Shown piece by piece: positions 1-14,070 of a stretch of DNA of 64,000 nt (the stretch's first letter is position 1; each line of letters begins with the position of its first letter). Location: positions 117,552,001 to 117,616,000 of the forward strand of contig OX597821.1 in assembly GCA_951406725.2 (NCBI GenBank). The letters run 5' to 3'. Origin of the DNA: Octopus vulgaris (taxonomy: Eukaryota). Made by a program: the position numbers and the translations under genes. The notes beneath the pieces were generated by a model, which was not told the origin of the DNA, did not search any database, and saw nothing but the letters and a program-made list of their open reading frames with translations.

Positions 1-336
1 GGGCAACTGGTCCTATAAGCCCTAGAATTCAAGATGGTACTCATCACCACCACCACCACCACCATGACCATCATCAACAAGAACAACAACGCTGTCGGGA
101 AATAAACAAAATGCCAATGTAAAAGTGGGTTCTTGAATGGCCAAAATTATTCTCCCATGGCATAACTGTCCTGGTCCCACATTGAAGTTATTTGCTAAAC
201 AAGCACAACTAGACATTGCCACAAATTGCTTTCTATAACTGGGCAAGAGCTGATGATCAACACATTGAAAGCCTCATTGATTTTAGAGAAATTCTGAGGG
301 TGAGGGGCAACAGGTGAATAACAAAACCAAACTTAC

Positions 337-544
337 AAAGGTGATGAGTATTTTCATCTGAACCATCTCCACAATTATCTCTTCCATTGCAGACTCGCCA
401 TATTGGAATGCATAATAAGTTGTTGCAGCGGAATCTTCTCTCTTTTTTTGAACACTCAATTTGAAGGCATACCTCGCGTGTTTCATCTGATTTATCACCG
501 CAGTCATCGTCACTGTCACACATCCATTGTTTAGGAATGCAGAC
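337..544 (-). CDS. LRP2: LRP2-like exon: end of LDLa IV-9 and IV-10
   Basis: ag/gtaag, 208 nt, phase 0-1; VCIPKQWMCDSDDDCGDKSDETREVCLQIECSKKERRFRCNNLLC...[12 protein letters not shown]. Confidence 0.94.
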
Positions 545-1366
545 CTTATTGAGGAAATGAAAGCATATAACACAGACATAAATACATACATATCTATATA
601 TGAATGAATATATATATAGGGAGAGTTTATGGAAAAAACACAAAAGACGAAGACGGGTGGTGTACAAAACAAACAGATGTATTAGTATAACGCTCAGGAA
701 TAGAAAAAGTCTTTTATGTTTTGAGCCTACGCTCTTCTACAGAAAGGGACACAGAAAACAAGGAGAGAAAGAAGGAGAGAAAAAAAAGGAGTTATATATG
801 TATGTATGTATGAAAGAAAAAAGAGAAAATGGAGACTGGGAAGTTAATAATTGTTTATTATCAACAGCAAATTAATCATCATCCCTACAGCTGTTTCAAT
901 TAATACTCAGTAAATTTAAGTAAATATTAAATTCATATAATCTGAGAATAATGTCTTCAGAGGGGAAAAATATACCCTTGGATGTTTTATATGCATTTAT
1001 GGATTCATTATAGCAGACCATATGTTTTTTACATATACCTACTATTTCAAAGAAATTTATTCCCCCCAAGTACTAGGTATTGAATCAGTATTTCCTTGGA
1101 TGAAACCATCCTTTCATGAGGTTAACACAACTTCCAATCGAATGCATATATATTTATAAATACATACATACATATATATTTATAAATACACACATATATA
1201 TACATAAATACAGACAAATATATATTTGTATATATACATATATATATACATATATATATATACATATATATATATATACATACACACACATATATACACA
1301 TATACATACACATATATATATATATATATACATACATATACATCTATATCTATCTATACATACACA

Positions 1367-1436
<70 letters not shown>

Positions 1437-1438
<2 letters not shown>

Positions 1439-1737
1439 GAAGCACAATGACCCAGTGGTTAGGGCAGCAGACTTGCGGTCGTAGGATCGCAGTTTCGAAT
1501 CCCAGACCGGGCGTTGTGAGTGTTTATTGAGCAAAAACACCTAAAGCTCCACAAGGCTCCGTCAGGGGGTGGTGGCGAGCCCTGCTGTACTCTTTTGCCA
1601 TAACTTTCTCTCACACTTTCTTCTGTTGGCCTACTCGCTTAGCCAGTGGGGTGGCGTCATTTGAAGGCTAAAACAATGCGAAGCGCATTGTGACCAGCGA
1701 TGTGTAGCAACATCTGATAGTCTGGTCGGTCACGGTG
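1437..1737 (+). mobile_element. tRNA-headed SINE; related copy at about 57697-57960
   Basis: A-box-like tgacccagtggtta and B-box-like gtttcgaatccc followed by a non-tRNA body. Confidence 0.7.
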
Positions 1738-1759
1738 ATATACAACCCCTATCTCAATT

Positions 1760-1813
<54 letters not shown>

Positions 1814-1836
1814 TATCTATCTATCTATCTATCTAT

Positions 1837-1893
<57 letters not shown>

Positions 1894-1894
<1 letters not shown>

Positions 1895-2196
1895 TAGCAG
1901 TATCGCCCGGTGTTGCTTGGGTTTGTAAGGGAAATAACTATAAAAGCATTTTTAGAGAGTTACTTCCCTTGCATAAACCGAGCAAAAATCATTAAAAATG
2001 CGGAAAAATGATGGTAAATTTATTTAAAAATCGTAGACTCATCGTAGACACGCGCCAATACCCAGAAGGGCTCAATATGAATCCTGACTATAACATACCC
2101 GCTTTTGTTTAAACTGCACCGCAAAATGTGGGAGTAGTTAGGAATCTAAATCGAAGTAGACAGACACACACACAACTTTAGTTTTATATATAAAGA
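1894..2196 (-). mobile_element. Short non-autonomous Helitron
   Basis: Minus strand starts TCTTTATATATAAAAC and ends cccaagcaacaccgggcgatactgCTAG, within (TA)n. Confidence 0.8.
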
Positions 2197-2689
2197 TATA
2201 TATATATAACGGAAGGTTTACGAAAATAAACAAAAGATGAAGGCAGGTGGAGTACCAACAGATAATGTATTTGTATGGCGCTCAGAAATAGAAATAAAAC
2301 AAGTCTTTTACGTTTCGAGCCTATGCTCTTCGACAGAAAGATACACAGAAAAGAAACAAGGAGAGGGAAAAAAAAATTGCGTATAGGGGCTAACGATCCA
2401 ACATAGCGTTATATATTGTTTCGTTCTTTTCGTTTATCATTTAACGTCCACTTTCCATGCTGGCATGGGTTTGACGATTTGACTGAGGACTGGTGAGCCA
2501 GATGGCTGCACTAGGCTCTAATCTGATCTGGCAGAGTTTCTACAGCTGGATGCCCTTCCTAACACCAACATATATATACACAAGAGATATTGGTATCTAG
2601 AAAACCCAAAGATTGTCGGGTAAACTTAAGTAAGCGCTATGGTCGGACCATAGTTAAACTCTTGGTTCGATAATGATACGAGTGAGGAG

Positions 2690-3205
2690 TCTAATGTGGG
2701 TCTTTTATCAGCATGCTTCTATATATTAGACAGAATGAGATAACAAAGCCTGGGCTGTATCATTCTCAGCTACTGAAATACCTCCAAGAAGCAATCAAAG
2801 AAAAAAGGCCACGAATGCTCACTAGAGGAGTCCTTTTTCATCATGACAATCCTCCAGCCCACACCTCAGTGGTTGCCATGACAACAATTCATGATTGCGG
2901 TTACAAACTTGTTCCCCATCTGCCTTATTCACCAGACTTAGCCCCCCCCTCTGACTTTTATCTATTCTCAAAAATGAAAAAAGCCCTGGCTGGTTGCCAT
3001 TTTGCCAGTGACAAAGACGCTGTAGGAAGTTTTCTGGAGTCTCAAACAAAAGAGTTCTTCTATGCTGGGATAACGGTGCTTCAGCACTGCTGGAGAAAGT
3101 GTTCATCCATCGAAAGGGACTATGTTGAAAAATAAATCATCAGAAGTCTTGTACCATGTTCTGTTTTTTTCTTTCGAGGCTCAAGACTTTTCATACTCTC
3201 TTCGT
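2690..3205 (+). mobile_element. Mariner transposase 3' fragment
   Basis: ORF 2713-3135: RGVLFHHDNPPAHTS, PHLPYSPDLAPPSDFYLF, ERDYVEK*; TIR-like gacttttcatactctcttcgt at about 3185-3205. Confidence 0.88.
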
Positions 3206-3227
3206 GTGTGTGTATATATATATATAT

Positions 3228-3457
3228 ACCAGAGTAAGCACATAAATGTGAAACAAGGTGGAAAAAGAGTACTCAAATACCAGAGGTAGAGTAATATGCT
3301 TTATTTAAAAGCAGCAGAAATATAACATAAGGTGTTACGCAGAGTTTCACCTTCCCGTTCGTCGGACAGTTTTGTTAGCAAAACTGTCCGATACGAACAG
3401 GAACGTGAAACTCTGAGTAACCTCTTTTGTTATATTTCTGCTGCTTTTAAATAAAGT
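3228..3457. mobile_element. Penelope-like repeat, family A, short fold-back copy
   Basis: Arms 3298-3374 and 3379-3457 are inverted; homologous to 30251-30950. Confidence 0.6.
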
Positions 3458-4081
3458 ATGTATATATATATATATATATGAGACTTCACCATCAGTACCA
3501 TGAATATCAATAACAAAACCAAAAACAAGCACCACTACCAACCTACATACCCCCCTAAATTATCAACAACAGCAGTAGCAATAATATGAACAAAATAAGC
3601 TTCTCAATCTATAAAATGGGAAAAAAATCATACGAGAAAATGTATTGTATTTCCTTGTATGAAATATTTTTGATCTCATTGCAGATTGACTTGTGACTAA
3701 ACTGCAATAACAAGAAAATTAACAAGAAAATTACGACTACTTCCACCACAAAGATTACTCTTACCATCACTAACATCAAACAAATAGAACCAACTCTATC
3801 CACTAATGAGAAACGAATAGGCAACCACAATAATAGTACCAACATTATAACAATGTCTGTAGCTACATATGTTGCATGTCAGTATAATGGTGCCTGTATA
3901 TGTAGAATGTGTGTGGAGTGTGTGTGTTTGTGGAGGGGAGTAGAGAATAGAGTATGGATTTCTTATGACACCAACAAAACCAACATATCGACGATGAGAG
4001 GTAAAATGGCAATAATATTCAAATGACTTGGCTTTGGTGATTTGGCTGGTTGAAAATGAAAAAAAAAAGGAAATGTCTCAC

Positions 4082-4254
4082 AGTGTTGTTACACTGGAAT
4101 CTGTTAATTGGACAGTATCTGTCGCCATATTTGGGTGTGCAGTTTCTTTCGTCTGAAGCATCTCTGCAATTTCTCCAACCATCACAAGTTAGATATTTTT
4201 TAATACAGTGACCGGTATCACACTTGAACTCATCTTCAGAACACTTCACAGAAG
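4082..4254 (-). CDS. LRP2: LRP2-like exon: LDLa IV-8 and start of IV-9
   Basis: ag/gtgag, 173 nt, phase 1-0; SVKCSEDEFKCDTGHCIKKYLTCDGWRNCRDASDERNCTPKYGDRYCPINRFQCNNT. Confidence 0.94.
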
Positions 4255-5176
4255 CTAGAAAAATAACAATAACACAAATAATAAATAAAAACATAATGAA
4301 CAATAATAATGGTTTCAAATTTTGGCACAAGGCCAGCAATTTTGGGGGTAGGGGTAAGTCAATTACATCAATCCCAGTGCATGATTGGTACTTATTTTAC
4401 TGACCCCAAAAGGATGAAAGGTAAACTTATCCTTAGTGGAACAGGAACTCAGAGTGCATGGATGGACAAAAGGATGCTCAGCAGTTTGCCCCCAGCGTGC
4501 TAACACCTCAACCAGCAACCAACAATAATAATGATGTCTTGTAAATGTCGAGAAAGTTAAATGTTTATTGGAATAAGCTGTACCATTTTACTAGCCTTGG
4601 AAGGCCTGACTCTCCATAGGTTATGATGACTAGCATTCAAGTTGATTTGATCAAGAGAATAGTCTGCTTGTGAAATTATCAGGCAAGTGGCTGAGTATTC
4701 CACAGAGACATATGCCCTTCACATAGTTTTCAGGGAGATTCAGCATGATGCAATGTATGTGACAAGGCTGTCCCTTTTGAATTACAGGTAGAACTCATTT
4801 TTGCCAGCTGAGTGAACTGGAGCAGCAACTAGAAATAAAGGATCTTGCTCAAGGACGCAATGTGCTTCCAGGAATCGAACTCACATCCTTACGACTGTCA
4901 GCCATTAAGCCAGACACCTTCTCAAACATTTCCATAATATAAAGCAGTTCTTCCTAAATTAGGTTCCAAAAATGTCCCAGAGTTTCACGCAAAACTCTTG
5001 GCTTTCCATGACCAAATTCTAAGCTGCCAGAAAATAAGGTTCTTCTTAATAAAATTTCATAAAAATTAAAAAAATTGTATTCATTATCTTCCAAACAATA
5101 TTTTACTATTTGCTTTGTTTATCATGTGAATAAATACTTTCTCTAAAGCAACTTTTGTTTCATTAAATTTACTTAC

Positions 5177-5299
5177 CACAGTTATTTTCATCAGATCCAT
5201 CACCACAATCGTCGTACAAGTTACATCGCCACTTCTTTAGGACACATCTTTGGTTTTCACAGCGAAATTCAGATTCAGTACAGTCACGATATTTGTTTT
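5177..5299 (-). CDS. LRP2: LRP2-like exon: LDLa IV-7 (absent from ORF track)
   Basis: ag/gtaag, 123 nt; [40 protein letters not shown]. Confidence 0.93.
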
Positions 5300-5776
5300 C
5301 TAAAGTTTTTATAAAAGAGAAAAAAAAAACGAGATAAAGAAAATAGAAAGAAGATAAAAATGAAGAATGAACCTTTATAATCTAAGGTAATCCAAAGCCT
5401 ATTTTCTGTTTCTTAATTTGGATTGGATAGGATTGAACTGCCTACGTTCAGAGCACTGCAGGACAAAGGCCTCAGCATGTTCTCTCCACCATCCACAGTC
5501 TGACGTGGAGGCTGTGAAGCTGAGTCTGAGACGATATTAGTTAGATGAGCCTGCTTTGTCACATTGGCTTGACACGGCTTGGCAGAAGGATGCAGTTTTT
5601 ATACTCTTACCCAATGATATTTAATTCAATTATAATGGCCCTCAATACTCAACAGGCATTTATTTTATTGACCCTGAAAGGATGAAAGGCAAAGTCAGCC
5701 TTGGTGGAATTTGAACTGACAACGTAGGGACAGATAAAATACGACAAAGCATTTTGCCTGGTGTACTAATAACAAC

Positions 5777-5818
<42 letters not shown>

Positions 5819-5846
5819 CTAAAGTATACAAAGTAAAATTTCATAC

Positions 5847-6092
5847 TACAAAAGCTGGTGTCTTCATCGGAACCATCTCGACAGTCAGTTTTAGAATCAC
5901 AAACCCAGGTTTTTGGAATGCAGACATTGTTTTTACATTTGAATTCCTTGGTTTCATTACATTTTTTGCAGTTGCTCAGTTTTTCATCAGAATTGTCACC
6001 ACAATTATCGTAACCATCGCAGACGTATGTGGAAGGTATACATCGATAATTAGTTTCACATCGGAACGAAGTCGCGGGACATGTTTGATTAG
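5847..6092 (-). CDS. LRP2: LRP2-like exon: LDLa IV-5 and IV-6 (absent from ORF track)
   Basis: ag/gtatg, 246 nt; NQTCPATSFRCETNYRCIPSTYVCDGYDNCGDNSDEKLSNCKKCNETKEFKCKNNVC...CRDGSDEDTSFC. Confidence 0.93.
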
Positions 6093-7023
6093 CTGTAAAT
6101 TAAATGAAAAAAAAGGTTCATAACATTAAAAAGCATTAAATATACAAAAAAAAACCCCATGCAAAATCCACTCTTCTTTCCACCAAGATCAGCATTGGTT
6201 TCCAATTTTGGCACAAGGCCAGAAATTTCAGGGGAGGCGGGGGACAAGTTAACCCAAGTAAGTAACGGGTATTTATTTCATCAACCCAGAAAGTCAGCCT
6301 CAGCATAATTTGAACTTAGAATGTAACAAGTTGGAAGGGATGTTGCTCATCATTTTGGCCAGGGGGTGCTGAGGATTCTGTCAGTTTGCTGCCTTCACCA
6401 AGATCAATATTAGAATTAGTGATGCATATATCATCATTATCATCATTTAACGTCCACTATTCTACGCTTGCATTGATCGGATGGAATTTTGTTGAGGCAG
6501 ATTTTTTACGGCAGGGTGCTCTTCCTGTCATCAACTCTCACCTGTTTCCAAGTAAGGTAAATGTTTTTCCCCAAACCAGACATGGTTTACGTGGAAGACA
6601 AGACATAAATAATAATCCCACTTGTATGATGGGGATGTTTGTTTACAACATCACATGATGTCAAGGCAAGGGTATACATGCATGCATGCAAACTTGCATG
6701 CACACATATACACACACATGCATGCATGAATGAATGCATGCACACATAAATACATGCATGAATGCATGCACACACACACACACAAATATACGACTGGCTT
6801 CTTTCAGTTTTCGCCTTCCAAATCCATTTACAAGTCTTTGGTAAGCCTGCAGCTACAACAGAAGACACTTGCCCAAGGTACCATGCAGTGGGACTGAACC
6901 CAGGACCAAATGGTTGGGAAGCAAGCTTCTAACCATGCAGCCATGGTATTTGGCTATAAAGATTTTTACTTATTTTTATAACTGCTGATGACCAGATTTT
7001 CAACAATCTAAATGTGCTAATTA

Positions 7024-8358
7024 CCGTAAAAACCCATGTAATTTGCGCACCTGTATAATTTATGCAGGTGATTTTCAGGAAAAAAATTGTTAAGAAATGC
7101 TTCTACTTGTGTAAAATTCGCACCCAAAAGTTTTCAGAATTGCCAATATGACCAAGGAAAAAATATTTTCAGTTTAGTTGTATTTAGCATAATTTCACTG
7201 ACATATGTTTGGATTTTATTAAATTTTCATGAAATAAAAATAATTCCTGTTTAACAGGTATCACATTGAAAGCTATTAAATTACAAAGTGTTTTTGTTGT
7301 TTATGATAAACTCTATTTTACATTTCTTTCCCACAAGAGATTATGTCCGATCTTTAGCATACTTTTGTATGTTTTCTAAAATCACACTCACAGGAAAATT
7401 TGCTGATTATTCTTATCAACAAAAACAAAGCTGATAAATACACACCAGTGTTGCAAAATAAGTTTAATTACCAATAAACATCAGCTTGGATGACACTTTA
7501 CTCAACCGATAGAAGAGGTGACCGATCAAACTGATTATGTAAACAGAATCCTCATTGGTCAAAAGTGTCTTCCTGTCTCAAGCTCTGATTTTCCGCTTAT
7601 TCTTGTTGGAACCTTTGATACATAGTATCAAAATTTTAGTCCCTTTCACACTTATAAAATGTCAAGCAAAAAGCCAGGAGACCAAACTGATAGTTAGGTA
7701 ACCCACTAAAATAAACATTAAAAATCAAAAGGAGAAAATAAACAGCTTTGCAAGTTTAACTCAGAGTTTATTGAACAAGAGAGATGTTAAATTTAAGAAG
7801 CGACTTGTGAGGAGACATAAACAAGAATAGAAGATATCTACCATATTGAAAGAACTGGTAATACATACATTACAAGTGTTCTATGAATAATTCAATAGGA
7901 ATGTGAAACGACATTAAACATTGTATAAGGTAAATGAAGGTTTCTGTATGAATGCTAAGTCATATTCAGTTAGAGAGTTTACAAGCGCAAGAATGAATTA
8001 TGATGTTTTGGCATTAGATGCAGTAAAATATGGTCCAGACCGTGATTACTTGCATGAACGTCAAACTTCAAAAAGTAGTTAACCATTTAATGGTTTTAGT
8101 AAATTTATACAGAAGAAGTAAGCATTATACCATCCAGCATTAATAAAAATCAACTTTGTTATATATTTTCTGTAAAAACCTATTCTGACATTAAATAAGT
8201 CAACTTCCAGTAAGAATGTTTACATTTGTGCATCATTTTTCAGCAAAGACAATTTCTAAAAAAATTCTGGAAACGATCGACTCATGTAATTTACATACCC
8301 ACTAAAATTTACTTTTGTTTTTGCAAAAAAAGTGCATAAATTACATGGGTTTTTACAG
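7024..8358. mobile_element. Pogo/Tc1-mariner-like non-autonomous DNA transposon
   Basis: 27-bp TIRs ccgtaaaaacccatgtaatttgcgcac (7024-7050) and gtgcataaattacatgggtttttacag (8332-8358), each flanked by TA. Confidence 0.8.
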
Positions 8359-8465
8359 TAATTGCATCTCATCTAATCAATTACAACTCATCAGGCAAAC
8401 AGTTAAAAAAGAAAAAAGAGAATTGCTAAAAAATAAATTGCCCTGTTTAGGTTTCGTCTACTTAC

Positions 8466-8591
8466 CACAGTTCAGTTCAAGACTCTCATCTGAACCATCG
8501 AAACAGTCGTTCTCGTAATCACATTTGTCATGCTCAGGTATACAATATCCATTATCACAGGTAAATTCATGTACTCCACAGGATCTATCAA
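8466..8591 (-). CDS. LRP2: LRP2-like exon: LDLa IV-4 (absent from ORF track)
   Basis: ag/gtaag, 126 nt; [41 protein letters not shown]; acceptor chosen as the phase-1-compatible AG at 8592-8593. Confidence 0.88.
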
Positions 8592-9521
8592 CTGGATTCA
8601 GAGAAATCAGAAAGTTTCCATTTTCAGTAATATTATAGAAAATGTAGGAAATATTATTGTTGTAACTTCTATAGCGACAAATACGGAATCAGCATTGCAG
8701 AGTTCCCTTGCACATATTAACCGTTTTGTATTCAAACTGGCCATATCTGACCAAAATATTCTACCTCTTTTAGATCCAAACTGTCCAGATTGGGCCTCTT
8801 ACACTCACCCTACAAAGTAAATGGCACTCTGTCAGTTACGATGACAAGGGTTCCAGTTGACCCCTGATCAACAGAACAGCCTGCTCGTGAAATTAACGTA
8901 CATGTGGCTGAGCACTCCACAGACACTGTGTACCCTTTGTGTAGTTCTCAGGGAGATTCATCATGACAGTCTGTGATAAGGCTGGCCTTTTGAAAAACAG
9001 ATACAACTATTTTTGCCAGTTGAGTGGATTGGAGCAATGCGAAATAAAGTGTCACTGAGAATTGAACTCATGATTTTACAATCGTAAGCCGAATACTCCT
9101 AACCACGAAGCCACATGACTTCAATGTAAATTTAAAATAAACAGTCAATCACCAAGGTATCGAAGCCACAAGATAATGCAGGATTAGTTGAAAACAATAT
9201 GAGTAAATAAGCATTAAATATAATAGAGTGGTGTGAATGCTAAAGGATGAAAGACAGAGCCATTGCAGCAGCTCTCATGAAACAGCCAGGTCCACGTGTT
9301 GAAGAGCTGTTTGCTGGAGTTCTTTTACTCATTTACTTATTTCAGTCATTAGAATGTGGCCATGCTGGGGCACCACCTTGAAGAATTTTAGTCATATGGA
9401 TTGACTCCCAATACTTCTTTTTAAGCCTAGTACTTCTGTCAGTCTCTTTTACCAAAGTGCCAAGTTATGGGAACATAAACACACCGACACTGGTTGTCAA
9501 GCACACACACACACATAGATA

Positions 9522-9553
<32 letters not shown>

Positions 9554-10886
9554 TGCCATGGGCTTCTTTCAGTTTCTGTCTACTAAATCCACTGATAAAT
9601 CTTTGGTTGGCCCAAGGATATAATAGAAGACACTTGCCCAAATGCTGTACAGTGGGACTGAACTTGGAACTATGTGGCTGGGAAATAGCAAAGATTTATT
9701 CATCCCCAGGGTTGAAACCATGCCAGGACAGACAATGGGACGAGGTGTGGCCCTTGGCCTTACCAGGTGTGGTTAAACCATCCAACTCATGCCAGCATGG
9801 AAAATGGACGTTAAATGATGATGGTGATAATGATGATGATGAGGGTACAGACCCTTACACTCTAATGCTGCTCCCTGGGGACAATAGAATGCATGCTACT
9901 ATTTCCTTTCTGGCCCCTGTTGATTCCACTCATCAGCCTTTCTCTGGTAGCAGCTTTTGCATCTCATTCACACTTCAAAACTCCCATGAAACACTTCTCC
10001 ATACCATTCCATGGTAGGACACAATTTCCAGTGATGGTGCAATGGTTGAGAGGTTTGGATATTCAGCTCATGACTGTGAGTTCGATCCCCAATGGTACAG
10101 TGTGTCCTTGAGCAAGACACTTTATTACATGTCGCTCCAGTCCACTCAGTTGGCAAAAATTCAAAGGGCCAGCCTTGTCATATTCTGTGTCATGTTGGAT
10201 CTCCCTGAAAACTGCGTTAAGGGTATGCATGTCTGTAGAGTACTCAGCCACTTGCATGTTTCATGAGCAGGCTGTTCCATTGATTGAATCAACTGGAACT
10301 ATTACCATTGTAATTCAGGAATGAATTAAGTTTGGAAACTGAGATTTCATTCTATACTCCTAATAATATTGGTCTGTGGAGCAAAAACTGAATCAAGTGC
10401 AGAATGCAAACATGCAAATGATGAACTAATTATTGTAATGTGATTATGTGAAGCTGATGGAATAAGCACCAACACCTTGTCTGGTTTGGTCAATTTGTTT
10501 GGCTAATCTATGCAAGGCAGAGCCACAGCCTGGCTGCAATCCAATGGCTTTGTGATGCCAAATTAAGGAATTGAGAAAAAAAAAAAGACCATTTAACCCT
10601 TTAGCATTTCAACTGAGCATTTGTGGCCTTAATAGGCAACCAGCTTTATGTTGAAACTGAACTGATATGGCCTCTCACACTTACCCTACAATATAATTTT
10701 TAAAATAAACAATCACATCATTGAAATGTTAAAGCTAGGAGATTGTTTATGATTAAGAGAAAACTCTTTGAATAAATAAGCATTACATTTGACCGAATTC
10801 TCTGAATACGAAACAGTTTAAATGAAACAGAAATCTAGCAAGATAAAATGGCAAATAATTTGAAGGAACAAAGAAAATATTCTCAC

Positions 10887-11126
10887 TACAAAGAGACTGG
10901 TCTTCATCTGAATTATCCAAGCAGTCATTGTAACCATCACACTGCCAGGAACGGTGCACACAGCGGTTGTTGTTGCACCGAAATAACCAGGGGGCGCAGT
11001 AATTTGCGTCACACTTATCTTCATCAGATCCGTCACCACAATCATCTTTTGAATCGCATATCTCGTAGAACCTCGTGCAGTTTCCATTGTTGCAGGTAAA
11101 AGTGTGTGGCCGACATTTGGATTCCG
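10887..11126 (-). CDS. LRP2: LRP2-like exon: LDLa IV-2 and IV-3
   Basis: ag/gtgag, 240 nt; ESKCRPHTFTCNNGNC...CAPWLFRCNNNRCVHRSWQCDGYNDCLDNSDEDQSLC. Confidence 0.94.
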
Positions 11127-12291
11127 CTAAAATAAAAGCCATATATATATAAAAATACTACAAATAAACATACCTAAGTGTGTGCGTGTGCATTTATCTT
11201 CCTCCCATCTCTCTCTCTCTCTATATATATATATATAAAATATAAATTAGAGATAAAACCACTATTATGCAACTCAAACAGTGATAGACATAAACCAATA
11301 CATAAATAACCAATATATATATATAAATTTTAAAAAAATATATAACTTATAATTAGATCTCAAAAAGTATAAAATGAATGATAAATATATAATATAATAT
11401 GTAAAAACACTACGTATGTTTCATGGCTACAATTAAATTCGAATTACAATTAAGTTTAAATTCAATTGAAATTCGATTTAAAATTATGGTCAATCTTCAG
11501 GTCAATGATAATAGTTAAATAAATAAGCAAATAGAGTTAAACAATATTTATTTAAGAAATAAATAAATAATTTTTCCTATAGAAATAACTCCATTAACTA
11601 AATTATAAACTTAAAACATTAGGATTATTTCCTACAACACATTTATTATGTTAAATATTTAATTTTTAAAGTAAAAAAAATTGATAGAAATATGTATTTA
11701 TATATCATCAAATCAAGGATATAAATCTTCTTAAAGGGATGTCAGCATCCAAGTTCCCTGGTTTTATCCAGTGTATCAGTGAAGAACAAAAGATGCTAGC
11801 TTCACATTGATGGATATGGGTAGACTATTTTTTATGTATGAGAAAAAGAAAACAGAGAAACTGATATATGATTTAATTTAATTTTATTTAATTTCTTAAA
11901 TTAATTGGGCATGGAAACAATTGAAGGTGAAATTGACTTTGATATTGTTTAGAATTGGATTATGTTCTAACGAATTGATGCCTATATGCCAGTGTCTCTG
12001 TTTCCTTTTTCTCATACACTATATATATATATATATATATATAACAGTTGAAACACTCCTGTCACAACCCGGGACCTTGAAGACTGCTTTAATGCAAGAA
12101 AATATACTAGTCCCCTAATATTTGATATTCAATATTTCATCTATTCAATAAGATAATCAATACTTCATTTTATTTTACTATATATATTATTTATGCTATA
12201 TATTCTATATTCTACATTAATATTGAATATAATAAAGAATATAAATAAAACATAAAAAACAGACAGAGTTGGAATTCCTTTGAATAATGAT

Positions 12292-12366
<75 letters not shown>

Positions 12367-12484
12367 CAGTGTACAGAGACTGTGAAGGAATCCATTGTTT
12401 CCAAGCGTTAAAAGCTAAAGAAAGATGTAAAATTTGAATACGATGGTGTATTTAATGAAACATGCATAAAAAAACATACAAAAC

Positions 12485-12755
12485 CCATTCACACACACGC
12501 ACACATGCACACACACACATGCACACACACACATGCACACACACACATGCACACACACACATGCACACACACACACACACGCACACACATGCACACACGC
12601 ACGTACATGCACACACACACACACATGCACACACACACACACATGCACACACACACACACATACACACACACACACATGCACACACACACACACGCACAC
12701 ACATGCACACATGCACACACATGCACACACACACACACGCACACACACACACACA

Positions 12756-12786
<31 letters not shown>

Positions 12787-13050
12787 GCACACACACACAC
12801 ACATGCACACACACACACACATGCACACACACACATGCACACACACACACACATGCACACACACACACACGCACACACATGCACACACATGCACACACAC
12901 ACACACATGCACACACACACACGCACACACACACACATGCACACACACACACACGCACACACGCACACACACACACACATGCACACACACACACACACAT
13001 GCACACACACACACACACACACATGCACACACACACACACATGCACATAT
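12485..13050. repeat. Compound (CA)n/CATG/CACG microsatellite, about 565 bp
   Basis: Direct reading; source of the His/Thr and Cys/Val pseudo-ORFs. Confidence 0.95.
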
Positions 13051-13199
13051 ATATAATCACTGTTAGCTAAAATGAATGTGAAGCTTTATAATTATCATTT
13101 TAATAAGTTTTATGCTTATTATAATTAATTGGATGATGGAATAACGAGAGAACAACTGCCATGACACGTTTGCTGGCAAATGCTCATTACAACCTTTTT

Positions 13200-13896
13200 T
13201 TTTCAGATGCCAAAAGCTGCAGTTCCCCCTCTCCACGTTACCCCCTGCCTGCCTTTACATTCACTCAGCCTCAACACGGTCAATGTCGACACATTGAAAG
13301 CTAAGTCTGGCGAGATTGTTGAGATGCTTGAAAGGAGACACGTTGATGCGTGCTGTAGCCAAGAAGTCCAGTGGAGGGTCACTTCAGCCAGCTTCTTCAC
13401 ATGCAAAAAGCATAGGTATAAACTCTTCTGGGAGGGCAACTGTAATGGGGTAGAAGGGTTGGCACACTTCTAGCAGAGAAATGGGTAAATAAGGTGATTG
13501 AGGTAGTCAGGGTATGTGATAGGGTACTTTAGGTCAGACTAGTTTTGCAGAATAGCACAGTAACAAACACCTCTGCCTATGACCCACAACTGGGCCTGCC
13601 AAATGAATAAAAGAACTGCTTTTATGACACTCTTTTGCAAGTTACATCAAAGACAAGTGACATTGTGGCTAGTGATTTCAATGGGCAAATTAGACAACAC
13701 TCAGGTGTCTTCCAGGGTGGCCATGGAATTGGCTCCCGAAATGAAGAGGGAACAAGGCTGCTGTACAAACCATGTACAGGGATGCTGTCAGTAAGGTGAA
13801 GGTTTGCAATGAGCAAAGTAATGAATTCAGGGTGCAATAGGGATTCACCAAGGATCAGTCCCCAGCCTCATCTTGTTCATCATGGTCCTTCTTCTC

Positions 13897-13954
<58 letters not shown>

Positions 13955-13993
13955 CATATATATATATATACATACATACATATATATATATAT

Positions 13994-14070
<77 letters not shown>

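Noticed and set aside
22-246. Possible next LRP2 exon (LDLa IV-11)
   Set aside because: No LDLa cysteine pattern or Cys-completing phase-1 start found; the next exon probably lies outside the window.
1437-1510. tRNA genes suggested by A/B boxes here and at 47547, 49757 and 61968
   Set aside because: No complete cloverleaf; each continues into a shared repeat body, so these are SINE heads.
11455-11505. Minus-strand CTGAAGA...GAAT with palindrome TTCAATTGAA
   Set aside because: GAAA is not intact and no stem I pairing is evident; too weak to call a hammerhead.
12415-13070. Six 177-207 aa Cys/Val or His/Thr ORFs
   Set aside because: Translations of a (CA)n microsatellite; the same applies to the IY/YI, RE and SL ORFs over (TA)n and (GA)n tracts.
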